This document shows, piece after piece, positions 20,370 to 30,182 of a stretch of 64,000 nt of DNA. Source of the DNA: an uncultured Solirubrobacteraceae bacterium (GTDB taxonomy: Bacteria; Actinomycetota; Thermoleophilia; Solirubrobacterales; Solirubrobacteraceae); contig CAVSHS010000018.1 of NCBI GenBank assembly GCA_963727785.1, forward strand, positions 17,439 to 81,438, given 5' to 3'. The stretch's first letter is position 1. The number at the start of each line of letters is the position of its first letter. The notes beneath the pieces are model-generated. The model saw nothing but the letters and a program-made list of their open reading frames with translations. It had not been told where the DNA came from and searched no databases. The position numbers were made by a program, and so were the translations under genes.

Positions 20370-20983
20370 TTGGACACCGTCACGCCGGCGCTGTCGGCGA
20401 GCAGATCGTCGAGATGCTGCTCGGCCTCTTCCTCGTCCTTGTCCAGCGCGTACATCAGCTCCGATGCGAGGATCTTCTTCGCACGCGTGAACATCTGCTT
20501 CTCGCCGGTGGAGAGGCCCTTCTCGTGCTCGCGGATGGCGAGGTTGCGAACGACCTCGGCAAGCTCGTAGATATCGCCCGTCTTGATCTTGTCGCGGTTG
20601 TGCTTGAACCGGCGGTTCCAGTTCTTGGGCATCTCCGAGACGTCGTCCGCGAGGACGTCGAGCACCTTCTTGACGGTCTCCTCGTCGATGACGCGGCGCA
20701 GACCGGCGAGCGCGGCGTTCTCACACGGGACCATCACCGTCATGTCGTTGTGCAGGATCTTGATGGTGAGGTACTCGCGCTCCTCACCGAACATCTTGCG
20801 ACGCTCCTTCTTGAGGACCTGGCCGGCCCCGTGATGCGGATAGACGACGTTGTCACCGAGTTCGAACTCGATGTTCTCGAGCGGGCGGTCTTCCAGATCC
20901 TCCAGCAGGTTCTCTTCGGTGACTTCGGGAATGATGTTCTCCTTAGGGTCGGTCCCGACGGCGTCGGCGGGACGTTCGTTCAC
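20366..20983 (-). CDS. carD: CarD/CdnL-family RNA-polymerase-binding transcription regulator with an acidic N-terminal extension
   Basis: Text GDNVVYPHHGAGQVL...EYLTIKILHNDMTVMVPCENA...NWNRRFKHNRDKIKTGDIYELAEVVRNL is classic CarD. The GTG start overlaps the disA stop. Confidence 0.9.
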   Translation of the reverse strand: MNERPADAVGTDPKENIIPEVTEENLLEDLEDRPLENIEFELGDNVVYPHHGAGQVLKKERRKMFGEEREYLTIKILHNDMTVMVPCENAALAGLRRVIDEETVKKVLDVLADDVSEMPKNWNRRFKHNRDKIKTGDIYELAEVVRNLAIREHEKGLSTGEKQMFTRAKKILASELMYALDKDEEEAEQHLDDLLADSAGVTVSK

Positions 20984-22101
20984 GTCTGCAAGTAGCGGTC
21001 CACGAGGTTGATCTCCTGCAGCCGGCGAAGGCCCTCGCGGATGTCCTTCGCCCGGATCTCGCCCACGCCGTCGACGGTCTCCAGCTCGGCGTCGGTCGCG
21101 GCGAGCAGCTCGTCGAGCCCACCGAAGTCGGCGACGATCTGTGCCACCACCAGCTTAGGCAACCGTGGGATGCGTCCGAGGATGCGAAAGCCGCGCGGCG
21201 AGACGGGGTAGTCGAGCGTGTTGAGCTTGCGGTCGTAGCCGAGCAGCTCGGCGAGACGGCCGAAGTCGAGCAGGTCGTGGTGCGGCAGGCGGCCGATCTG
21301 ATCGAGCGCGCCCGCGAACTCCTCGTCGGTGTTGTCGGCGAGGTAGTCGTGCACGAGCGCGGCCTTGTCGGCGGCGGTGCCGACCATCGTCTCCTCGAGC
21401 TGCATCTCGATGAGCCGGCCCTCGGTGCCGAGCTCGACGATGTAGCGCTCGATCTCGACGGCCATGCGCGTCACGAGCTCGGAGCGCTGCATGACGGTCA
21501 GGACGTCGTGCAGCGTCGCGCCGCCCTCGAACTCCAGTGCGGTCAGCCGCGTGGAGACCTGATCCAGGCGCGTGCGGTACTTGTCGAGCGTCGCGAGCGC
21601 CTGGTTGGCCTTGGCGAGCACGACAGGGATGTCCTCGAGGATGTACTTGCCGCCGTCGACGTACAGCGAGACGACCTCGCGCCGCTGGGAGACCGCGATG
21701 ACGAGCGCGTCGGTCTGCTTGGAGACGCGCTCGGCCGTGCGGTGGCGCGTGCCGGTCTCGACCGACAGGATCGTCGGGTCGGGCATGAGCTGGACGTTCG
21801 CCATCGCGATCTTCGTCGCGTTGGCGTTCAGCACGATCGCGCCGTCCATCTTCGCGACCTGGTACAGCAGCGCGGGCGAGTAGTCGATCTCGAGCTTGAT
21901 GCCGCCGGAGAAGAGGAAGCTCAGGTCGTCGACCTCGCCGACGATGATGAGGCCGCCGGTCCGCGCGTGGACGATGTTGTCGATCCCCTCGCGCAGCGTC
22001 GTACCCGGCGCGACCATCTCCAGCGCCTTGACCAGTCGGGGCTCTTGACGGGACTCAAGCTCGTGTGACTCATCCCCGACTCTCTGAACCATCCAGGCCA
22101 T
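20980..22101 (-). CDS. disA: DNA integrity scanning protein DisA (diadenylate cyclase)
   Basis: DAC-domain text GALIIVG-like (TGGLIIVGEVDD), KMDGAIVLN and GTRHRTAERVSKQTDALVIAVSQRR. C-terminal HhH region (LETVDGVGEIRAKDIREGL). Confidence 0.92.
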   Translation of the reverse strand: MAWMVQRVGDESHELESRQEPRLVKALEMVAPGTTLREGIDNIVHARTGGLIIVGEVDDLSFLFSGGIKLEIDYSPALLYQVAKMDGAIVLNANATKIAMANVQLMPDPTILSVETGTRHRTAERVSKQTDALVIAVSQRREVVSLYVDGGKYILEDIPVVLAKANQALATLDKYRTRLDQVSTRLTALEFEGGATLHDVLTVMQRSELVTRMAVEIERYIVELGTEGRLIEMQLEETMVGTAADKAALVHDYLADNTDEEFAGALDQIGRLPHHDLLDFGRLAELLGYDRKLNTLDYPVSPRGFRILGRIPRLPKLVVAQIVADFGGLDELLAATDAELETVDGVGEIRAKDIREGLRRLQEINLVDRYLQT

Positions 22102-22148
22102 TTTAGCGTGTGCTTAGGATTTTCGGCTTATGGCTGTTCGAAACCGCC

Positions 22149-23519
22149 TTAAGCCGCCTGCGGAGCGCGCGCGGGGAGCGCGGCGCGCAGCGCCTGGCGC
22201 AGCGTCGGCGCGCTCTCCGGGCTGATGACGTCGCGCAATCCGAACTTCGCGGCCTCGCTGCAGCGCCGGTCCGCGTGGCCGACGGAACGCAGCTCGCCGG
22301 TCAGCCCGAGCTCGCCGAAGCAGGCGACCGGACCGGCCGCGGCGCCCGCCTGCAGCGGCACGCCGCGCACGGCGCTCGCGACCGCGAGCGCGACCGCGAG
22401 GTCGGCGCCGGGCTCCTCGACCCGCACGCCGCCGACGACGTTGACGAAGACGTCGGCGCTGCCGGCGCCGACGCCGGCATGGCGCGCGAGGACCGCGAGC
22501 ACGAGCGCCAGGCGGTTGCGATCCAGGCCCGTGACGACGCGCCGCGGCGGCACGAGCTCGGACGGCGACACGAGCGCCTGGACCTCGACGAGCAGCGGGC
22601 GCGAGCCCTCCATCGCCGCCAGCACGACCGAGCCCGGCTTGCCCGTCGCCTCGGCGACGAAGCGCGCGCTCGCGTCGAGCACCTCGACGAGCCCGCCGGA
22701 GCGCATCTCGAAGACGCCGGCCTCGTTCGTCGAGCCGAAGCGGTTCTTCAGCGCGCGCAGCGTGCGGTACGTGCGCTCGCGCTCGCCCTCGAACTGCAGC
22801 ACGCAGTCGACGAGGTGCTCGAGCACGCGCGGGCCCGCGAGCGCGCCCTCCTTCGTCACGTGGCCGACGAGCAGCACCGCGACGCCGTCGCTCTTGGCGA
22901 CCTGCATGATCCGCCCCGCGACCTCGCGGACCTGGCCGACCGAGCCGGGCGCACCGGTCAGATCGGCGGCGTGGAGCGTCTGCACGGAGTCGATGACGCA
23001 GACCTCCGGTCGCTCGGCGTGCAGCGTCGCGAGGATCGTGTCGAGATCGGTCTCGGCGAGCACCGGCACCTCGAGCGCGCCGGCCGTCACCGCGGTCAGG
23101 CGCTCGGCGCGCAGGCGGATCTGCGCCGCCGACTCCTCGCCCGAGACGTAGAGCGTGCGCCGCCCGGCGGCGGCGAGGTTGCCGAGCGCCATGTTCGTCA
23201 GCGTCGACTTGCCGATCCCGGGCGAGCCGCCGAGCAGCACGAGCGAGCCCGGCACGAGGCCGCCGCCGAGCACGCGATCGAGCTCGCCGATGGCCGTCAG
23301 CATGCGCGGCACGCGCTCCGTGCTGACGTCGGCGAGCCGCACGGGCCTGCCGGCGGGCACGGCCGCGCCGCCCGCGCGGGCGCGCCCGTTCGTCCCGGCA
23401 GCCGGCGCCCGCTCCTCGACGAGCGTGTTCCACGCCTGGCAGCCGGGACAGCGCCCGTGCCAGCGCGCGCTGCTGTGTCCGCACGCCGAGCAGACGTGAA
23501 CGGTGGTCGGACGAGCCAT
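22149..23519 (-). CDS. radA: DNA repair protein RadA/Sms
   Basis: N-terminal zinc ribbon CSACGHSSARWHGRCPGCQAWNT. Walker A GGSPGIGKST. KNRFGSTNE motif. Lon-like C-domain. Confidence 0.93.
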   Translation of the reverse strand: MARPTTVHVCSACGHSSARWHGRCPGCQAWNTLVEERAPAAGTNGRARAGGAAVPAGRPVRLADVSTERVPRMLTAIGELDRVLGGGLVPGSLVLLGGSPGIGKSTLTNMALGNLAAAGRRTLYVSGEESAAQIRLRAERLTAVTAGALEVPVLAETDLDTILATLHAERPEVCVIDSVQTLHAADLTGAPGSVGQVREVAGRIMQVAKSDGVAVLLVGHVTKEGALAGPRVLEHLVDCVLQFEGERERTYRTLRALKNRFGSTNEAGVFEMRSGGLVEVLDASARFVAEATGKPGSVVLAAMEGSRPLLVEVQALVSPSELVPPRRVVTGLDRNRLALVLAVLARHAGVGAGSADVFVNVVGGVRVEEPGADLAVALAVASAVRGVPLQAGAAAGPVACFGELGLTGELRSVGHADRRCSEAAKFGLRDVISPESAPTLRQALRAALPARAPQAA

Positions 23520-23631
23520 CTGCTCACCCTAGGGCGCGACCCCGACGACTTCGCCCCCGGAGGGGTACCTTCTGCGCATAGATCGCGGGCACGGGGCCCC
23601 GGTCGGGTCGTCGTCACGGAGGTGCCGTTCC

Positions 23632-24291
23632 ATGCGACTGCGTATGCCGTCACCAGCGATGGTCGTCGCTCTGGTGGCGCTCGTGGTGGGGTCGTCCGGG
23701 ACGGCGTTCGCCGTCGTGAACTACGCGGAGAACGCTGGCGCCGTCGACGGCAAGAGCGCGGTCGCCGCGAGCAGCACGCTGAAGCGTGCCGAAGGCAACC
23801 TCGTCGCGACGGCGACCGCGGGACCGGGCAAGGGCCGCATCCCCGACCGCTTCGTCTCGGGCGTCATGAAGGGCGGCTCGACCTCGCTGACGCGGTACAT
23901 GAGAGTCATCGACAACGACCCCGGACCGGTCGTGCCGCTGGCGATCATCCCGAACATCGGGCGCCTGGACGCGCAGTGTCGCGACCAGGACGCCGAGCCC
24001 GGCGTCGAGTCGACCCAGACCGTCATCACGTTCACGGCGTCCGAGCGCGGCGGCGTGAACATCTCGCGGCTGCTCGGCCGGGACATCGAGAGCGCCCGCA
24101 ACGCCGTCGTCTTCACCGCGCCGCGAAACCAGCCCGTGCCGATCCTCAGCTTCGCCGACAACCTGTTCCAGCTCGTCCTGCAGGCGCGCGACCGCACGGT
24201 GTTCATCAACGGCGCGTCGCGCAGCGACGCCAACCGCTCGGCCGACGCGGCCTGCCTCATCTTCGGGATCGCGCTGCGAGTCAGCCAGTAG
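23632..24291 (+). CDS. secreted hypothetical protein (219 aa)
   Basis: Signal or anchor MVVALVALVVGSSGTAFA. No recognisable motif. Good coding bias. Confidence 0.65.
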   Translation: MRLRMPSPAMVVALVALVVGSSGTAFAVVNYAENAGAVDGKSAVAASSTLKRAEGNLVATATAGPGKGRIPDRFVSGVMKGGSTSLTRYMRVIDNDPGPVVPLAIIPNIGRLDAQCRDQDAEPGVESTQTVITFTASERGGVNISRLLGRDIESARNAVVFTAPRNQPVPILSFADNLFQLVLQARDRTVFINGASRSDANRSADAACLIFGIALRVSQ

Positions 24292-25453
24292 GCGCGGCGT
24301 CGAGCGCCGCGACGACGTCGGCGACGAGGTCGCCGGCGTCCTCGATCCCCGCGCTGAAGCGGATGAAGCCCGGCGAGACGTCGTCGATGCCCCAGCGCAG
24401 GCGGCGCTCGGCGGAGCTGTGCACGCCGCCGAAGCTCGTCGCCTCGGCGACGAGCCGGCAGGCGAGCAGGAACGCCTGCGCGCGCGCCTCGGTCCCGAGG
24501 TCGAAGCACAGGACGGTGCCGAAGCGCTCGCCGCCGTAGCGGCGGGTCGCGAGCGCGTGCGCGGGGTGGCCGGGAAGGCCGGGGTAGCGCACGTCGTGCA
24601 CGTCGGCGCGCGCGTCGAGCGCATGCGCGAGGGCGCGGGCGTTCGCGCACTGGCGCGCGTGGCGGACGTCCAGCGTCGCGAGCGACCGGTGCGCGAGCCA
24701 CGTCTCGAGCGGGCCGGCGATCGCGCCCGTCAGGCCGCGCCAGCTGCGCAGCCGCTCGGTGCGGGCCGGGTCGGGGCTCGCGACGTAGCCGAGCACGAGG
24801 TCGCTGTGGCCTGTCAGGAGCTTGGAGGCGCTCGCGATCGAGAGGTCGGCACCCAGCTCGAGCGGGCGCTGCAGCAGCGACGTCGCGAGCGTGTTGTCGA
24901 CGGCCAGCAGCGCGCCGGCATCGTGCGCCGCGGCGGCCAGCGCCTCGACGTCGAGCACGTCGAGGCCGGGGTTGGACGGCGTCTCGATCCAGACGAGCGA
25001 CGCGCCCGGCAGCGCGGCGCGGATCGCCACCTCGTCGCTGGCCACGACGCGGACCTCGATCCCCCGCGGCGCCAGCTGCTCGGTCGCGATCGACGTCACG
25101 CCGGGGTAGCCGTCGCCCGGCACGACGACGACGTCGCCGGGCTGGAGCGTCGGCACGAGCACCGCCGCGACCGCCGCCATGCCGGAGGAGAACAGGACCG
25201 CCTCGCCACCCTCGAGCTCGCCGAGCGCCGCCTCGTAGGCGGTCCAGGTCGGGTTCGCGTAACGCCCGTAGCCGTAGCGCGACGCGTCGCTCGGGCCGCT
25301 CAGGTGGTACGGCGCGGCGAGCACGGGACCGGGCAGGAACGGCGTGCCCTGCTGCGCCGCGGGCAATCCCGCGTGGACGACGCGCGTCGCGGGCGCGACC
25401 TCGCCCGTGCGGCGCGGCGGATCCCCCGCCGCGCGCGGAGGCCGGTCGTTCAT
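24281..25453 (-). CDS. PLP-dependent Cys/Met-metabolism enzyme (cystathionine gamma-synthase/lyase family)
   Basis: Text YGRYANPTW...LFSSGMAAV...ETPSNPGLDVLD...ASASKLLTGHSD (PLP-lysine context) is typical of the MetB/MetC/MetZ family. Confidence 0.88.
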   Translation of the reverse strand: MNDRPPRAAGDPPRRTGEVAPATRVVHAGLPAAQQGTPFLPGPVLAAPYHLSGPSDASRYGYGRYANPTWTAYEAALGELEGGEAVLFSSGMAAVAAVLVPTLQPGDVVVVPGDGYPGVTSIATEQLAPRGIEVRVVASDEVAIRAALPGASLVWIETPSNPGLDVLDVEALAAAAHDAGALLAVDNTLATSLLQRPLELGADLSIASASKLLTGHSDLVLGYVASPDPARTERLRSWRGLTGAIAGPLETWLAHRSLATLDVRHARQCANARALAHALDARADVHDVRYPGLPGHPAHALATRRYGGERFGTVLCFDLGTEARAQAFLLACRLVAEATSFGGVHSSAERRLRWGIDDVSPGFIRFSAGIEDAGDLVADVVAALDAAPTG

Positions 25454-25463
25454 CGGCCGGATG

Positions 25464-25898
25464 CTACGCGGCGGCGGCGTGCACGAGCGCGACGTGCGGG
25501 ATCTCCGCGCGCTGCTGCGGCGCCAGCGCGCAGGCCGCCAGCAGCGCCGACACGGTGTCCGGCGCGATCTCGCGCAGCTGGCGGATGTCGCGCCGGCTGA
25601 ACATCACGAGCCGCAGCTCGGTGATCGCCGTGACGGTTGCCGTCGGATACGCCGTCAGCTGCGGCGCCAGCTCGCCGAACACGTCGCCTGGGCCAAGCTC
25701 GGCGACGGACTCGCCTGCGCAGCGCACCCGGCCCCGTCCGGCGCCGACGAGCACGAGCTCCTGGGCGAACGGCCCGTCGAGCAGCAGCCGGTGCCCGGCC
25801 CGCACGGTCAGCTCCGACGCGTACGGGGCGATCTCGGCGAGCTGGCCCATGTTCAGCGGGCGCAGGTGCATCATCGAGGCGAGGCGGAGGATCTCCAT
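25464..25898 (-). CDS. stand-alone cyclic-nucleotide-binding-domain protein
   Basis: cNMP-binding beta-barrel text with ...LGPGDVFGELA...TAITELRLVMFSR. No DNA-binding domain is attached. Confidence 0.75.
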   Translation of the reverse strand: MEILRLASMMHLRPLNMGQLAEIAPYASELTVRAGHRLLLDGPFAQELVLVGAGRGRVRCAGESVAELGPGDVFGELAPQLTAYPTATVTAITELRLVMFSRRDIRQLREIAPDTVSALLAACALAPQQRAEIPHVALVHAAAA

Positions 25899-26001
25899 GA
25901 CCTATGGACGTAACGGTGCAGCGAACACCGTTCGTCCGAAGTGCACGGATCTTGATCGAACACCCGGCCACGACGAGCAAGTCGCCCCGTATGTTGGTGC
26001 G

Positions 26002-26394
26002 ATGCCTCCGACCCCCACCGACGTCGCCGACCAGCTGTACGCCCGCTGGAACGACGCCGGACTCTCCGTGCTGACCGACAGCGTCGATCCCGACGTCGAG
26101 CTGATCTGCGATCCGCTGCGCCCCGTCGAATCCGCACTGCGCGGCATCGAGGGCTGGAACCAGTGGGTTGCACGCTGGGACGAGAGCTACGAGACGATGC
26201 ACATCACGATCGACGGCCTGATCCCGATGGGCGCCGAGCACGTGCTCGCGCTCGTCTCGATCACCGCGACGCCGCGCAGAGGCGGCAAGGAGCTCAGCTG
26301 GGCCGCGGCCCACGTGTGGACCGTCCGCGACGGACGCATCGCCCGCTGGGAGTCGCACGTCGACCTCGCGCTCGCGCGCGGCACGCTGCTCTAG
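26002..26394 (+). CDS. SnoaL/NTF2-like fold protein (130 aa)
   Basis: Trimmed to the ATG at 26002. Text LYARWNDAGL...VELICDP...HVWTVRDGRIARWESHVD is typical of the NTF2-like family. Confidence 0.7.
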   Translation: MPPTPTDVADQLYARWNDAGLSVLTDSVDPDVELICDPLRPVESALRGIEGWNQWVARWDESYETMHITIDGLIPMGAEHVLALVSITATPRRGGKELSWAAAHVWTVRDGRIARWESHVDLALARGTLL

Positions 26395-26407
26395 CCGGTC
26401 CGCTGGC

Positions 26408-27301
26408 TCAGCCGCCCTTGCGGGCGACGAGATACGCGACCGCGGAGCGCCGGATCGGCATCTCCTCGGCGACCACCCGTTCGAAGTACGCGAGGAAGCG
26501 ATCGCGCTCGGCCGCGCCGAGCGCCGCGTCGAGCACCTCGCGCAGGCTCGGCGCGAGTGGGTTGGGCGCGATGTCGAGCAGCGTCTGAAGATCCATCGCG
26601 CGCATCTGCGCGGCGGGCTCGATGTCGACGTGGCATTCGAGGTGCAGCTGCTCGAAGCCGGCGTTCTCCGCGAAGCGCACGAGGTCGTGCTCGTCGAAGT
26701 CCATCATCGAGTCGGCCGCCGGATCTCTGGTCGCCATGTAGCTCGCCTTGACCTCGTCCGCCAGGTCGACGATCGCGCCGACGTCGTAGCCCCACAGCCG
26801 GTCCGCGGGCTCGGGGAACATGCGCCGGTTGATCGGCTCGAACAGCGAGATCCGTCCGCCCGGTCGCAGAACGCGGTGAAGCGTCGAGAACGCCTGCGGC
26901 TTGTCGGCCACGTAGATGAGGACCGACCGCGTGGTGGCGACGTCGACCGAGGCGTCGGCGATCTGCGCGAGGTCCTCGGCGCGCGCCTCGACGAAGCGCG
27001 CCGCGGTCCAGGGCATCACGCGTCCGCGACGGCCTCGCGGGCGCTCTCCAGCAGCGCCGGCAGAGATGTCCGAGAAGATCACGCGGCCGCTCGCGCCGAC
27101 GCGCTCGAGCGCCTCGAGTCCGATCAGCCCGTCGCCGGTCCCGACGTCGAGCACGGTCGCCCCGTCGAGCGGCTCGGCGTGGGCGAGCACGCGGTCGCGC
27201 ACGCCGGCGAGGTGCTCCATCACGACGTCGCGCCGGCATTCATTCCCGGCGTCGCGACGCTCGAGCAGCCAGCGCGACCAGCGATCGGGCTGCGCCGTCA
27301 A
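26408..27301 (-). CDS. class I SAM-dependent methyltransferase
   Basis: Motif I VLDVGTGDGLIGLEAL, later RSVLIYVADK and LRPGGRISLFEP. A roughly 30-aa stretch (about 26995-27090) reads better in another frame. Confidence 0.8.
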   Translation of the reverse strand: MTAQPDRWSRWLLERRDAGNECRRDVVMEHLAGVRDRVLAHAEPLDGATVLDVGTGDGLIGLEALERVGASGRVIFSDISAGAAGERPRGRRGRVMPWTAARFVEARAEDLAQIADASVDVATTRSVLIYVADKPQAFSTLHRVLRPGGRISLFEPINRRMFPEPADRLWGYDVGAIVDLADEVKASYMATRDPAADSMMDFDEHDLVRFAENAGFEQLHLECHVDIEPAAQMRAMDLQTLLDIAPNPLAPSLREVLDAALGAAERDRFLAYFERVVAEEMPIRRSAVAYLVARKGG

Positions 27302-27316
27302 CGCTGCACGACGACC

Positions 27317-27340
27317 GAGGGCGGCCCGTGGGCCGCCCTC
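27317..27340 (-). terminator. perfect 10-bp GC hairpin GAGGGCGGCC-cgtg-GGCCGCCCTC 35 nt downstream of clpC
   Basis: Seen directly. No U tract, which is common in very GC-rich genomes. Confidence 0.5.
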
Positions 27341-27374
27341 GCTCGAATCCTTGGATCGCTCGGAGCCACGCGTG

Positions 27375-29981
27375 TCAGGTGCCCGGGGGCTCCTCGACGC
27401 TCGGCTGGTCCAGCGCTCCGCCCGGCTCGACGGGCGAGTCGCCCGCCGCGGACGCGTCGCCCTCGGCCGTGCCGCCGCCGACGGCGGCAGGCACCTTCGT
27501 CGGCTCGACGACCGTCAGGGAGACCTCGCGGTCGTCCTCCTCGGGCGCCTTCTCGACCATGACCGTCGCACCGGGCGTCAGCTCGGCGCGCAGGACGAAG
27601 TCGGCGAGCGGGTCCTCGATGTAGCGCTGGATCGCGCGCCGCAGCGGACGGGCGCCCATCGCCGGATCCCAGCCCTTCTCGACGAGCAGGTCCTTGGCCT
27701 CGTCGGTGAGCTCGAGCTGCAGCCCCCGATCGGCCATCGACTCGCGGATCCGCCGCAGCAGGAGGTCGACGATCTGCTTGATCTCGTCCTTCTGGAGCTT
27801 GTGGAACACGATCACGTCGTCGATCCGGTTGAGGAACTCGGGCCGGAAGACCTTCTTCAGCTCTCCCATGATCCGGTTCTTCATGTCGTCGTACGTGATG
27901 CCCGTCTCGTCGTCTGAGACGGCGAAGCCGAGCGGCGTGTTGCGAGCGATCTCGGAGGCGCCGATGTTCGACGTCATGATCACGATCGCGTGGCGGAAGT
28001 CCACCGTGCGGCCCTGCGAATCGGTCAGGCGGCCGTCCTCGAGGATCTGCAGCAGGATGTTGAACACATCCGGGTGCGCCTTCTCGATCTCGTCGAGCAG
28101 GAGCACGCAGTACGGCTTGCGCCGCACGGCCTCGGTCAGCTGACCGCCCTCGTCGAAGCCGATGTAGCCCGGAGGCGAGCCGACGAGCCGGGACACGGAG
28201 TGCTTCTCCATGTACTCCGACATGTCGACGCGGATCATCGCGTCCTCGTCGCCGAAGAGGAACTCGGCGAGCGTGCGCCCGAGCTCGGTCTTGCCGACGC
28301 CCGACGGGCCGAGGAACACGAACGACCCGGTCGGCCGCTTCGGATCCTTCAACCCGGCGCGGGAACGGCGGATCGCCTTGGAGATGACCTCGATCGCCTG
28401 GTGCTGGCCGATCACGCGCTTGTGGAGCTCTTCCTCCATGCGCATGAGCTTCGCCGTCTCCGCCTCGGTGAGCTTGAAGACCGGGATGCCGGTCCACATC
28501 GAGACGATGTCGGCGATCTCCTCCTCGCCGATCGACGGACGCTCGGTCTCCGCCTCGCCGGCCTCCCACTGCTCCTCGAGCTCGCGCTTGCGCTGCGTCA
28601 GGCGGCGCTCGGCGTCGCGCAGGTTCGCGGCCTTCTCGAACTCCTGCGCCTCGATCGCGGCTTCCTTCTCGCGCCGCGTCGTCTCGATCTCCTCCTCGAG
28701 CTCCCGGTACACGGGCGGGGAGGTCATCGACTTGATGCGCATGCGCGACGCGGCCTCGTCGATGAGGTCGATGGCCTTGTCGGGCAGGAACCGGTCGGAG
28801 ATGTAGCGGTCGGCAAGCTCCGCGGCCGCCTCGAGCGCCTCGTCGGTGATGTTCACCTTGTGGTGCTGCTCGTAGCGGTCGCGCAGGCCCTTGAGGATCT
28901 GCACGGTCTCCTCCGTCGAGGGCTGCTCGACGCGGATCTGCTGGAAGCGACGCTCCAGCGCACTGTCGCGCTCGAGGTACTTGCGGTACTCCTCGAGCGT
29001 CGTCGCACCGATCGTCTGCAGCTCGCCACGGGCGAGCGCCGGCTTGAGGATCGAGGCCGCGTCGATCGCGCCCTCGGCCGCACCGGCTCCGACGAGGTTG
29101 TGGAGCTCGTCGATGAACAGGATGATGTCGCCGCGCTGGGTGATCTCCTTCATCACCTTCTTCAGGCGCTCCTCGAACTCGCCGCGGTACTTCGACCCGG
29201 CCACGAGGGCCGCGAGGTCCAGCGTGTAGATCTGCTTGCCCTTCAGCAGCTCCGGCACGTCGGAGGTCGTGATCCGCTGGGCGAGGCCCTCGACGACGGC
29301 GGTCTTGCCGACGCCGGGCTCACCCACGAGCACGGGGTTGTTCTTCGTGCGCCGCGAGAGGATCTGCATGATCCGCTCGATCTCGGTGGCGCGCCCGACG
29401 ACTGGGTCGAGCTTGCCCTCCTCGGCGAGCTTGGTGAGGTTGCGGCCGAACTGGTCGAGCAGCTTCGAGGACTTCTTGCCCTCGCTCGACGACGTCGACG
29501 ACGCGCCCGCACCTGCGCCCGCACCCGCGCCCTGACGGCGCCCACCGGGGCCCGACAGCATGCGGATGACCTCGTTGCGGATCTTCTCGGAGTCCGCGTC
29601 GAAGTCGAGCAGGATCCGTGCGGCGACGCCCTCGTTCTCGCGAACGAGGCCGAGCAGGATGTGCTCGGTGCCGATGTAGTTGTGCCCCAGGCTCAGCGCC
29701 TCGCGCAGCGCCAGCTCGAGGACCTTCTTCGCACGGGGCGTGAAGGGGATCTGACCAGACGTGACCTCCTCACCCGACCCGACGATCCGGACAACCTGGG
29801 CGCGCACGCGCTCGACAGTGATGTCGAGACTCTCCAGGACCCTCGCGGCGAGACCTTCCTCCTCGCGAAGGAGTCCGAGCAGGATGTGCTCGGTTCCGAT
29901 GTAGTTGTGCTTGAGCGTGCGCGCTTCTTCCTGCGCGAGAACGACCACCTGACGGGCTCGCTCTGTAAATCGCTCGAACAT
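27375..29981 (-). CDS. clpC: ATP-dependent Clp protease ATP-binding subunit ClpC
   Basis: Intact 868 aa. Clp N repeats ([13 protein letters not shown]...), two AAA+ modules ([16 protein letters not shown]) and a UVR-like linker. Confidence 0.95.
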   Translation of the reverse strand: MFERFTERARQVVVLAQEEARTLKHNYIGTEHILLGLLREEEGLAARVLESLDITVERVRAQVVRIVGSGEEVTSGQIPFTPRAKKVLELALREALSLGHNYIGTEHILLGLVRENEGVAARILLDFDADSEKIRNEVIRMLSGPGGRRQGAGAGAGAGASSTSSSEGKKSSKLLDQFGRNLTKLAEEGKLDPVVGRATEIERIMQILSRRTKNNPVLVGEPGVGKTAVVEGLAQRITTSDVPELLKGKQIYTLDLAALVAGSKYRGEFEERLKKVMKEITQRGDIILFIDELHNLVGAGAAEGAIDAASILKPALARGELQTIGATTLEEYRKYLERDSALERRFQQIRVEQPSTEETVQILKGLRDRYEQHHKVNITDEALEAAAELADRYISDRFLPDKAIDLIDEAASRMRIKSMTSPPVYRELEEEIETTRREKEAAIEAQEFEKAANLRDAERRLTQRKRELEEQWEAGEAETERPSIGEEEIADIVSMWTGIPVFKLTEAETAKLMRMEEELHKRVIGQHQAIEVISKAIRRSRAGLKDPKRPTGSFVFLGPSGVGKTELGRTLAEFLFGDEDAMIRVDMSEYMEKHSVSRLVGSPPGYIGFDEGGQLTEAVRRKPYCVLLLDEIEKAHPDVFNILLQILEDGRLTDSQGRTVDFRHAIVIMTSNIGASEIARNTPLGFAVSDDETGITYDDMKNRIMGELKKVFRPEFLNRIDDVIVFHKLQKDEIKQIVDLLLRRIRESMADRGLQLELTDEAKDLLVEKGWDPAMGARPLRRAIQRYIEDPLADFVLRAELTPGATVMVEKAPEEDDREVSLTVVEPTKVPAAVGGGTAEGDASAAGDSPVEPGGALDQPSVEEPPGT

Positions 29982-30182
29982 GCTGCTGATCCTTCCTGCT
30001 GGGGCGGGGCCTCTAGCCTCGGTTCATGCGTGGTCCGGATGACGTTCTGGGGACGGCAAATTGCCCGACGGTGTTCACCCTTTCGGCACCGCGCGCGAAA
30101 TGGATGAGGTCGGAGACAGAGGACGCGGACATAGGGCAGTCTACCAACGCTCGAAGTGCCCAAATGTTGCATGGCTCACGCA

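Noticed and set aside
29982-30182. A ClgR or CtsR operator upstream of clpC (TTTCGGCACCGCGCGCGAAA at 30081-30100, and GGCAA-T-TTGCC nearby).
   Set aside because: The arms are short. Spacing does not fit the CGC-N5-GCG type ClgR site, and no CtsR-like heptad repeat is present. This cannot be distinguished from chance in GC-rich DNA.
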